From Bacteriovoracaceae bacterium UBA4573 (GTDB taxonomy: Bacteria > Bdellovibrionota > UBA1018 > UBA923), in the NCBI GenBank assembly GCA_002387735.1, contig DGKJ01000051.1, positions 43,363 through 95,694 on the forward strand: a stretch of DNA of 52,332 bases, in the 5' to 3' direction. Shown piece after piece: positions 1 to 7,992 of this stretch. The position numbers and the translations under genes were made by a program. Each line of letters opens with the position of its first letter. The stretch's first letter is position 1. Below the pieces are notes generated by a model that was given only the letters and a program-made list of their open reading frames with translations, made no database searches and was not told where the DNA came from.

Positions 1-768
1 AGTAAAAATCGCAGCTCCTTTTTTTAATAGTTGGCTAGGATTTGAAAATTCGGCCATCGCGATCTGCGCAATTTCCTCATTGCCTACAAAAATTTTTCCG
101 TCGTCGGTGATGCGAAGTTTGGATCCGGAACTCATCGCTTCAGCTAAGTTAATGGGCTGCAGCCCGCCTGGTTGTGCTTGGTCCTGGGGCACAGCGCCTG
201 GGGCGTTCTGCTCTCCGCCACCCCAAGGCGGAAGCGCGCCACTAAACGGACTTGCAGCGGCTGGAGCTCTACCTACTTCTGCCTGAGCATCCGCTGTTTC
301 ACCGCCAGCTTCGGCGGCGGCGCCAGCTAGTGAGAGCACGCGGTAACCGTCGTTGGTCATTAACTGACCGTTACCGGCAATTTTAAAGTCACCGGCTCGG
401 GTAAAGGCGAGACCGTTTGGCGTTTGGACTGCGAAATACCCCGGGCCTTCTATAGCCAAGTCTAAGGGGCCGTTTGTTTGTCGGAAAGTTCCCTGCGAGT
501 GGTCCGTAACCACTGCGTCAACATTGACCATCGCATGCTCGCGGCCGTCATGATGGTAAAAGTCAGAGTCTCTAAAGATCGTTCGGGGAATATCGACATC
601 GGGCGACGGCGGCCTTTCGTGAATTGTCAGGTACTCTTTGAACGTAGGTTCATCTTTTTTAAAGCCCGCAGTATTTGCGTTAGCTAAGTTATTTGCAGCG
701 ATATCGATGGCCTGGCTTTGCGCCATGCTACCCGAAACCGAAGTCCATAATCCAGTAGGTGAACCCAT
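1..768 (-). CDS. flgF: Flagellar basal-body rod protein FlgF/FlgG family, 3' end runs off the window
   Basis: Not in the ORF track; translated by hand: MGSPTGLWTSVSGSMAQSQAIDIAANNLANANTAGFKKD...TNGPLDLAIEGPGYFAVQTPNGLAFTRAGDF. ANNLAN rod/hook motif present; GGGGA SD upstream. Confidence 0.85.
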   Translation of the reverse strand, partial: MGSPTGLWTSVSGSMAQSQAIDIAANNLANANTAGFKKDEPTFKEYLTIHERPPSPDVDIPRTIFRDSDFYHHDGREHAMVNVDAVVTDHSQGTFRQTNGPLDLAIEGPGYFAVQTPNGLAFTRAGDFKIAGNGQLMTNDGYRVLSLAGAAAEAGGETADAQAEVGRAPAAASPFSGALPPWGGGEQNAPGAVPQDQAQPGGLQPINLAEAMSSGSKLRITDDGKIFVGNEEIAQIAMAEFSNPSQLLKKGAAIFT

Positions 769-796
769 GTGGTCGCTTTCCCCCAATCTCTAAGAA

Positions 797-813
797 AGCA
801 AACTGTGGGCCGA
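797..813 (-). promoter_or_regulatory. Putative sigma54 (-24/-12) promoter of flgF
   Basis: Minus strand TCGGCCCACAGTTTGCT = GG-N10-GC with TTGCT, ~30 nt upstream of a flagellar rod gene. Confidence 0.6.
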
Positions 814-1049
814 GAGCAACCCGCTTCAGTATTTGTAATCGGTATTTTTGACCTCGATTGAAATGACTCATCTTTTTTATCGGTATCGAGCAAAAGTTTC
901 CTCATTTTCATGACAGAGCCCATCCCAATAAGTTCATAGATCTCACAAATTTTTGACGATACTTGGCATTTGCCGTCAATCCTCCAACGGTTCGCATAAA
1001 GATCAGCGGCACTGTTTGACGATACAAAACCCCCTTGTTAGAAAGCCTT

Positions 1050-1910
1050 ATGCCCACTCAACTGCTCAAGGCGGCGCCAGTCACGGCTGCGCTTTACGAA
1101 GAGTTAAAAAGAAAAATATCCGGATTTAAAAATCAGCACGGCCGATCTCCGAAGCTTGTCACCGTTTTAGTTGGAGAGGACCCCGCAAGTCAGATCTATG
1201 TTTCGAAAAAAGGTTCCACGTGTCACGCCCTTGGAATGGCTCACGAGGACTTTAAGTTAAGCTCAAACATCTCCGAGGGCGAATTGCTGTTGCTTCTAGA
1301 TCGCCTAAATGCTGACGATTCGGTCGATGGCATTTTAGTTCAAAGTCCACTTCCCAAGCAGATTTCGAGTCAACGGGTTTATGACCACATTCGACCTGAT
1401 AAAGACGTCGACTGTTTTTCTGCTACCAACGTTGGTCTTTGTGCGCAAAATCGCGCATTACTACTACCCTGCACTCCGGCGGGCATCATGGAACTTCTGC
1501 GCTTTTATAAAATAGCCGTAGCTGGAAAAAACGCACTCGTTTTGGGTCGCTCGGATATCGTTGGAAAACCAATGGCCCTTTTGCTTCTGCACGCAGATGC
1601 TACCGTTACTGTGGCCCACTCGAAAACCTCCGATCTTGCCGAACATATCGCTAACTCTGACCTGGTCGTTTCAGCCATCGGGCGTAGAGGCGTGTTGACG
1701 GGGACGCTCCCCTGGAAATCTTCCTGCACAGTCATCGATGTCGGGATTCATCGCATTGCGGACGGCAGAGTTGTTGGAGACTGCGAATTTTCAGAAATTG
1801 AACAAAAGGTCGCCGCTATCACTCCGGTTCCGGGCGGTGTGGGCCCCATGACCATCGCATGGTTGATGGCCAACACTGTTAAGGCGGCCTATTTTCGCAA
1901 AGGAAACTGA
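1050..1910 (+). CDS. folD: Bifunctional methylene-THF dehydrogenase/cyclohydrolase
   Basis: LVGEDPASQIYV, KDVD, PCTPAG, GRSDIVGKP, ITPVPGGVGPMT motifs; ATG at 1050 preferred over TTG at 1035. Confidence 0.96.
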   Translation: MPTQLLKAAPVTAALYEELKRKISGFKNQHGRSPKLVTVLVGEDPASQIYVSKKGSTCHALGMAHEDFKLSSNISEGELLLLLDRLNADDSVDGILVQSPLPKQISSQRVYDHIRPDKDVDCFSATNVGLCAQNRALLLPCTPAGIMELLRFYKIAVAGKNALVLGRSDIVGKPMALLLLHADATVTVAHSKTSDLAEHIANSDLVVSAIGRRGVLTGTLPWKSSCTVIDVGIHRIADGRVVGDCEFSEIEQKVAAITPVPGGVGPMTIAWLMANTVKAAYFRKGN

Positions 1911-1911
1911 A

Positions 1912-3021
1912 GTGAACACACCGAAATCGAATCAACTTAAACGGACTTCTTTATATGACGAACACGTTAGGCTTAACGGCAAAATCGTAGACTTCGCCGG
2001 CTGGGAAATGCCTGTGCAGTATACCGGCCTCGCTGATGAACACGACACCGTTCGCAATAAAGTTGGATTGTTCGATGTTTCTCATATGGGCGAAGTTCGA
2101 GTTCGAGGACGTGGTTCGCTCGAGTTTCTCAATAAATTACTCACCAACAACGTAGCAAAAATTCAGTTGGGTCAGGCTCAATACAACGTCATGTGTTATG
2201 AGGATGGCGGGTGTGTAGATGACCTCATTGTCCATAAAATGGGCGAAGAGGATTATTTCATCTGCGTAAATGCTTCAAACACCGAAAAAGACTTCGAATG
2301 GATGCGGCAACACGCTCCGGCGTCTTTATCTCTCGAAAATGTTTCTAGCGAATACACTCAAATTGCCATTCAGGGTCGGTTCGCAGCGGAAACTCTAGCC
2401 CCCCTCACCGACGCGAGTCTCGATTCGATTAAGTACTACTGGTTTCAGCAATCTTCGATTTTGGGTAAACCTGCCATAATTGCCAGGACTGGTTACACCG
2501 GAGAAGACGGGTTCGAAGTTTATATTCCCTGGGACCATGGTCCCAAGGTGTGGCAAACATTACTCGAAAGTGGCGCTGGCCGAGGAATTAAGCCGTGCGG
2601 ACTAGGCGCCCGTGATACCTTGCGTACAGAAATGAAGTTCGCACTTTATGGTCACGAAATCGAAAAAGATTTAAATCCCCTCGAAGCCGGGCTCGGTTGG
2701 GTGGTAAAACTTGAGAAGTCAGATTTTATTGGTGCCGGCGCGCTGCGGCGAATTCAAGAGACGGGCCCCAAACGCGCGTTGGTTGGCCTTAAAAGCCTAG
2801 AGCGCGGAATTCCCCGACAGGGTTATAAGGTAGAGCACAACGGTCGGGAAGTTGGACTGGTAACCTCGGGGACTATGTCACCTTCATTGCGCGTCGGAAT
2901 CGCGATTGCTTATGTAGAACGCGATTTATCTGCTGTCGGGACTACGCTTGATGTTGTAATAAGGGATCAAAAAGTACGGCATGAAATTGTAACAACGCCG
3001 TTCTACAAAAGACCCTATTGA
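1912..3021 (+). CDS. gcvT: Glycine cleavage T protein (aminomethyltransferase)
   Basis: FAGWEMPVQY, GLFDVSHMG, RTGYTGEDGFE, GLGARDTLRTE. Confidence 0.97.
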   Translation: MNTPKSNQLKRTSLYDEHVRLNGKIVDFAGWEMPVQYTGLADEHDTVRNKVGLFDVSHMGEVRVRGRGSLEFLNKLLTNNVAKIQLGQAQYNVMCYEDGGCVDDLIVHKMGEEDYFICVNASNTEKDFEWMRQHAPASLSLENVSSEYTQIAIQGRFAAETLAPLTDASLDSIKYYWFQQSSILGKPAIIARTGYTGEDGFEVYIPWDHGPKVWQTLLESGAGRGIKPCGLGARDTLRTEMKFALYGHEIEKDLNPLEAGLGWVVKLEKSDFIGAGALRRIQETGPKRALVGLKSLERGIPRQGYKVEHNGREVGLVTSGTMSPSLRVGIAIAYVERDLSAVGTTLDVVIRDQKVRHEIVTTPFYKRPY

Positions 3022-3045
3022 ATGCGATAGCAGGAGAATACGCCG

Positions 3046-3438
3046 ATGGAATTTCCCTCTGGCCTTTACTACACAAAAGATCATGAATGGGCAAAATGGG
3101 ACGAAAAGACCGGAACTGTCACAGTAGGCATTACCGATCATGCTCAAGATTCTCTTGGAGACATTGTCTATTTAGAGCTTCCTCAAAAAGGACGCTCCCT
3201 TAAAACGCACGAAACATTTGGCGTGGTCGAATCGATCAAGGCCGTCAGCGATCTCTATTCCCCCGTATCTGGGGAAGTGGTCGAGACTAACGCCAAAGCT
3301 GCAGAAGATCCGTCGGTTCTCAATCGCGCGGCCTACACAGATGGCTGGCTTATGCGCTTAAAAGTTGCCGACTCCGCTGCACTTTCCGGGCTCATGAGCT
3401 CCAAAGATTACGAAATATACGTAGCCTCTTTGAAATAA
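3046..3438 (+). CDS. gcvH: Glycine cleavage H protein
   Basis: YTKDHEW, GITDHAQDSLGD, lipoyl motif VESIKAVSD; AGGAG SD. Confidence 0.97.
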   Translation: MEFPSGLYYTKDHEWAKWDEKTGTVTVGITDHAQDSLGDIVYLELPQKGRSLKTHETFGVVESIKAVSDLYSPVSGEVVETNAKAAEDPSVLNRAAYTDGWLMRLKVADSAALSGLMSSKDYEIYVASLK

Positions 3439-3464
3439 CCACCTCCCCAATTTAGGAGTCGGTA

Positions 3465-4823
3465 ATGCGTTACATTCCAAACGGCGGCCAAATTGCAAAA
3501 GACATGTTGAAACGCATTGGTTTCAATAGTTTTGCCGAACTATTCGACACTCAGATTCCTCAAACTGCTCAATTCAAAGGCGACCTGCGAATTAAAGAAG
3601 GAATCTCTGAATTAGAAATTCGACGTTTGATGGGCGGGCTTGCTAATAAAAATCTTTCGAACCCCTCCAAGAATTTTTGCGGAGCTGGACTTTATTTTCA
3701 CTACATACCCAGTATCGTAGACAATTTAAGCACTCGGGCCGAGTTTTTAACTTCTTACACGCCGTACCAACCAGAAATCAGTCAAGGCACTTTACGCTAT
3801 ATTTTCGAATTCCAGTCATTTTTGACGTCAATTACCAAGATGGACGTCGCAAATGCTTCGATGTACGACGGTTCAACAGCCTTTGCCGAAGCTATTTTGA
3901 TGGCAAAAAGAATTATGCCCAAACGCAGAAAAGTTGCCATAGCTGCGTCTTTACACCCAGAGTATAGGCAAGTTGGCGTTACCTCGTCTGAACAGTTTGG
4001 GCTCGAGTACGTAACTATTCCGACAACTGTTGGCGGCGGGGTTGATCTCAACGCGATAGAGCAGTTTACCAAAGACCCTGAAGCTCTGGCCATTTGCGTT
4101 CAATCGCCAAATTTCTTTGGCATAGTAGAAGACGTTAAGAACATATCTAGGATTGTTAACCCGAGTGATTCAAGCATTGGTACCGACGGACCACTTTTGA
4201 TTGTGACAGTTGCGGAAGCCATGTCACTCGCACTTTATGAGCCTGCGCCAGCCGACATTATGTGTGGCGAAGTTCAAAGTTTTGGAAATTATCCAGCATT
4301 CGGCGGACCGGCCGTAGGTTTTTTTGCTACCAAGGAAAAATTTGTACGAAATATGCCCGGTCGAATTGTGGGCCAAACCTTAGACGGACAAGGAAAAACT
4401 TCTTTTTGCCTCACCTTGTCGACACGCGAACAACACATTCGTCGAGACAAAGCCACAAGCAATATTTGCACTAATCAAGGCTGGTGCGCGCTCAGATCAA
4501 CAATTTATCTCGCGACTATGGGAACGAAGGGCATTCGGGAAGCTGCCGAACAATCCTATTCGAATGCACATTACGCGTTCGAACTTTTAACTAAAACTCC
4601 GGGTATTCGCCGAGTTCACACAGACGACTTCTTTAATGAATTTGTCGTCGAAGTGAACGATTTGGATCGCCGATTTCAGGCAGCACTCAATTCCGGTCTG
4701 ATCCCTGGAGTTCGGCTTTCAAAATTTGGTGGATCACGCAATGAGCTCTTATTAGCATTCACCGAAGTTCATTCTCGATCCGACATTGAGTCGTTAGCTC
4801 TTGCTCTGAGAGGTTCAAATTAA
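3465..4823 (+). CDS. gcvPA: Glycine dehydrogenase subunit 1
   Basis: MRYIP, EFLTSYTPYQPEISQG, NASMYDG, TREQHIRRDKATSNICTN. Confidence 0.96.
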   Translation: MRYIPNGGQIAKDMLKRIGFNSFAELFDTQIPQTAQFKGDLRIKEGISELEIRRLMGGLANKNLSNPSKNFCGAGLYFHYIPSIVDNLSTRAEFLTSYTPYQPEISQGTLRYIFEFQSFLTSITKMDVANASMYDGSTAFAEAILMAKRIMPKRRKVAIAASLHPEYRQVGVTSSEQFGLEYVTIPTTVGGGVDLNAIEQFTKDPEALAICVQSPNFFGIVEDVKNISRIVNPSDSSIGTDGPLLIVTVAEAMSLALYEPAPADIMCGEVQSFGNYPAFGGPAVGFFATKEKFVRNMPGRIVGQTLDGQGKTSFCLTLSTREQHIRRDKATSNICTNQGWCALRSTIYLATMGTKGIREAAEQSYSNAHYAFELLTKTPGIRRVHTDDFFNEFVVEVNDLDRRFQAALNSGLIPGVRLSKFGGSRNELLLAFTEVHSRSDIESLALALRGSN

Positions 4824-4824
4824 T

Positions 4825-6273
4825 ATGGCCATCACTCACGAAGAAGGCTCTCTCTTTGACATTCACCACCCTGATAAGTCAGCTTACAAACTTCCTCCGT
4901 TAGAAGTGCCGAGTAAAAAGCCCACTAAACATTTGCGAGAATCGACGCTTGGATTGCCACAGGTGAGCGAAATGGATGTCGTCCGCCATTATACTCGCCT
5001 ATCAAACATGAATTACAGTATCGACGCGGGCATGTACCCCCTCGGGTCTTGCACAATGAAATACAACCCTAAAATCAACGATGAAATTTCAATGCTCGAC
5101 GGGTTTAAAAATATTCATCCGTATCAGCCTCTCGAAACAGCAGCGGGTGCCATTGAAGTGATGGGTCGACTTCAAGATTTGTTGGCGGAAGTTACGGGTT
5201 TACCTGCTGTGTCTTTACAGCCGGCTGCGGGTGCACACGGTGAGTTTACTGGCGTAAAGGTAATGCGGGCCTACTTAAAAGAAAACGGTGGCGTTCGTCG
5301 GAAAATGCTTATTCCAGATACCGCTCACGGTACAAATCCTGCCACTTCCACACTTTGCCAATACGAAGTAGTACGCGTGCCTAACGGTCCGAATGGGTAT
5401 ATTGAAGCTTCAGATGTTGAACGGTTAATGGACCGCGATACGGCCGGCATCATGGTTACCAATCCAAACACACTTGGCTTATTCGAAAAAAACATTGTCG
5501 AAATCTGTAAAGTTGTTCATGCCCAAGGCGGTCTTGTTTATTGCGACGGTGCAAATTTTAATGCGGTCATGGGTTGGTCGCGACCGGGTGATCTTGGAAT
5601 AGACGTCATGCACCTGAACCTGCATAAAACTTTTTCTACGCCCCACGGTGGCGGGGGCCCTGGGGCTGGGCCGATTTGCGCGGTCGAAAAATTACGCCCC
5701 TATTTGCCTTCGCCGCAAGTAGTACAAAAGGACGGGGCTTACGCGCTAGAATATAATCTACCAAAGACGATCGGTCGCGTACGAATGGCATACGGAAATT
5801 TTTTAGTTTTAGTGCGTGCGCTAGTTTACGGATTAACTCTGGGTCGCGACGGCCTCAAGGAAGCGTCGACCATTGCCGTAGTAAACGCCAATTACATTTT
5901 GAATTTGTTAAAGGCAGATTATCATTTGCCGTTCGGGCCAACCTGCCTTCATGAGTGTGTGTTTTCAGATAAAAATCAAAATGAATTTGGCGTCAAAACA
6001 ATGGAGATTGCAAAAAGGCTGATGGATTATGGTTTTCATCCACCAACAGTTTATTTTCCATTAGTGGTGCCCGGCGCAATCATGATTGAGCCCACTGAAA
6101 CTGAGCCTCTGCATGAAATCGATCGCTTTATTTCTGCTATGAGGGCGATAGCTCAAGAAGCCAAACTCAATCCGGAAAAAGTAAGAACTGCTCCACATAC
6201 CGTTTTTGTTAAGCGGGTCGATGAGACTGTGGCAGCAAAAAAACTCATTCTTCGCAATAATTCCACGATTTAG
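4825..6273 (+). CDS. gcvPB: Glycine dehydrogenase subunit 2
   Basis: YPLGSCTMKYNP, SLQPAAGAHGE, PLP lysine motif LNLHKTFSTPHGGGGPG. Confidence 0.96.
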   Translation: MAITHEEGSLFDIHHPDKSAYKLPPLEVPSKKPTKHLRESTLGLPQVSEMDVVRHYTRLSNMNYSIDAGMYPLGSCTMKYNPKINDEISMLDGFKNIHPYQPLETAAGAIEVMGRLQDLLAEVTGLPAVSLQPAAGAHGEFTGVKVMRAYLKENGGVRRKMLIPDTAHGTNPATSTLCQYEVVRVPNGPNGYIEASDVERLMDRDTAGIMVTNPNTLGLFEKNIVEICKVVHAQGGLVYCDGANFNAVMGWSRPGDLGIDVMHLNLHKTFSTPHGGGGPGAGPICAVEKLRPYLPSPQVVQKDGAYALEYNLPKTIGRVRMAYGNFLVLVRALVYGLTLGRDGLKEASTIAVVNANYILNLLKADYHLPFGPTCLHECVFSDKNQNEFGVKTMEIAKRLMDYGFHPPTVYFPLVVPGAIMIEPTETEPLHEIDRFISAMRAIAQEAKLNPEKVRTAPHTVFVKRVDETVAAKKLILRNNSTI

Positions 6274-6286
6274 CTTTTGGAAAATC

Positions 6287-6565
6287 ATGAATTTTGATCA
6301 CACCGCAAGGCTTTTCCATACGGCGTTAGTTGCTACTAAGGCGACAAAGGCAGCAAACTATTCAGAGCAACTGACTGAATTGGTTCGGACGCCTGCTTTC
6401 GTAAGTATTTTGAAAAGTGTTCAGAATCTTGCCCACGAATTGGGCATCACGGAAGAACAGGCGGCGGAACGAATTATTGTCGCCTTTAGAGCGATCGATT
6501 CGGTGTGGTCTGAGTATCTCTGCAAAGAGGGTATCGAGTCTCTAAAATCTCATTTGTCACAGTAG
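6287..6565 (+). CDS. Hypothetical helical protein (~92 aa), last gene of the gcv run
   Basis: ATG 13 nt after the gcvPB stop; fills the gap to the convergent tonB gene; no family recognised. Confidence 0.65.
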   Translation: MNFDHTARLFHTALVATKATKAANYSEQLTELVRTPAFVSILKSVQNLAHELGITEEQAAERIIVAFRAIDSVWSEYLCKEGIESLKSHLSQ

Positions 6566-6566
6566 A

Positions 6567-7412
6567 TCAGGTGCGTAGTACGAATTCCCATTCGACTGTG
6601 ACCGCGCCATTGTTTGCTTCGAGCATGCCACGTGGTGGATTTGGAAACGGTCCCGCCTTATTGAACGCGTCGATCGCTGCTTGATCTAATTCCAGTAGGC
6701 CGGACGTATCTCTTACTTCAATTTTAGTAATCGTACCTTCTTTATCGAGGTGAACCATTAGGCGAGTGGAGTGTTCTTTGTCGGAGGCCAAAGTTCGGCC
6801 TTTGGCGAAGAACTTTTTAAGGCGCGACCTGAGATTGGGCTCCCAAAACTGTTCTAACTGCTGACGAACTCGTTGGTAGTATGAGTAGTAGACATATTCT
6901 CGGGTGTTAAGAAGCGTTTGCGCACCCTGCTCTGCATTTCGTACATAGTCACTCGACGCAGAGCCCGGAGCAAGGTGGCCAAGGGGCGCGAGATTGGGTT
7001 TCATTCCAAGTTTTTTTAAGGTTAATCCGTCGGTATTTTTCGCGATCTGATCGCTTTGTTTGGCACTGCGACTTTGGGTCGGTGCCGAAACGTAGGCGCC
7101 AGTTTTTTCAGCTCGTGTTTGCTTTCGAACACGTTGCGTCTGTTGGCCCAAAAAGGCCTTTGAGTCTGGAGTGTCGGTTTTCTCTACCAGGTCCGTATCC
7201 ACTATTTGACGACTTTTGGCGTCTTTCGGAAGCTCTACAAATGAAATTTCTACAAGTTCCTTGAGCGGCTCTTTTTTCGAAATTAGATTCAATTCATCGC
7301 GGTAAATAAATATTAAAAAAGCGAAAATATGTAGCGCTAGCGACGCGCCAATGTATTTAATTTCACGTTTGGAATTCGTGTTCGATAAATTTTGTGACTT
7401 CCTATCACTCAT
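6567..7412 (-). CDS. TonB-family energy transducer (TonB C-terminal domain)
   Basis: N-terminal TM with SLALH motif, polar linker, C-terminal TSGLLELDQAAIDAFNKAGPFPNPP; alternative GTG start at 7421. Confidence 0.85.
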   Translation of the reverse strand: MSDRKSQNLSNTNSKREIKYIGASLALHIFAFLIFIYRDELNLISKKEPLKELVEISFVELPKDAKSRQIVDTDLVEKTDTPDSKAFLGQQTQRVRKQTRAEKTGAYVSAPTQSRSAKQSDQIAKNTDGLTLKKLGMKPNLAPLGHLAPGSASSDYVRNAEQGAQTLLNTREYVYYSYYQRVRQQLEQFWEPNLRSRLKKFFAKGRTLASDKEHSTRLMVHLDKEGTITKIEVRDTSGLLELDQAAIDAFNKAGPFPNPPRGMLEANNGAVTVEWEFVLRT

Positions 7413-7674
7413 GGACCACACACCTTTGTGGCAGTGAAACGACCATACAAACGCATCGTAATTTCGGGCAACTGTCTTGATGGGTACGAATTTCCCATCC
7501 CATGGAACTGGAACCGAAAGGTGGACTTTATATGTCTGTTATTTAGACCCTTGATGAGCCTCTTGTGAAGAAACGGCCGAGGAGTCGGGCAAGATTGAAG
7601 GTGCCGTATCCTCGCAACTCAATGATGAACTAATTTTTTTGGAACTACTAGGAGAATTCGAATACAAACGTAGC

Positions 7675-7992
7675 ATGCAATTGCATTGTGTTTTAATTGA
7701 CGACGATCCGCTGGTTCATATGACTTGGAAGGCTTTTGCAAAAAGGAGCGGCAAAAATGTCGCTATTTTCCACGATTTAGCTGGATTTGAAACCATAGCC
7801 CCCGATTTACCAAAAGACACGCCCATTTACGTAGACAGCGCCTTGGCTGCCAACGTTAGAGGCGAGGAACTCGCTCTGGGTCTATATAATCGCGGATTTA
7901 CAAATTTGTATCTTTGCACAGGCTACGATCCATCGGACTTTCCTCCGATGCACTGGATTCGCGCCATCGTAGGTAAAGAGCCAAATTTTTAG
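7675..7992 (+). CDS. Stand-alone CheY-like receiver domain
   Basis: LIDDD acidic pocket, YVDS putative phospho-Asp, CTGY switch Thr, GKEP Lys. Confidence 0.75.
   Translation: MQLHCVLIDDDPLVHMTWKAFAKRSGKNVAIFHDLAGFETIAPDLPKDTPIYVDSALAANVRGEELALGLYNRGFTNLYLCTGYDPSDFPPMHWIRAIVGKEPNF

Noticed and set aside
80-923. Short ORFs 80-286, 478-687 and 684-923
   Set aside because: They overlap the real flgF frame or its promoter.
769-1049. Glycine or ZTP riboswitch upstream of folD-gcv
   Set aside because: No recognisable aptamer core sequences, and the predicted promoter leaves no leader.
1212-1227. parS-like GGTTCCACGTGTCACG in folD
   Set aside because: 4 mismatches and a broken right half; probably chance.
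7585-7630. SAM-I-like fragment GGCAA..GGTGCC..TCC..GATGA
   Set aside because: The 5' half (ATCnnGAG, kink-turn, P1 partner) is missing and the flanking genes are unrelated to sulfur metabolism.
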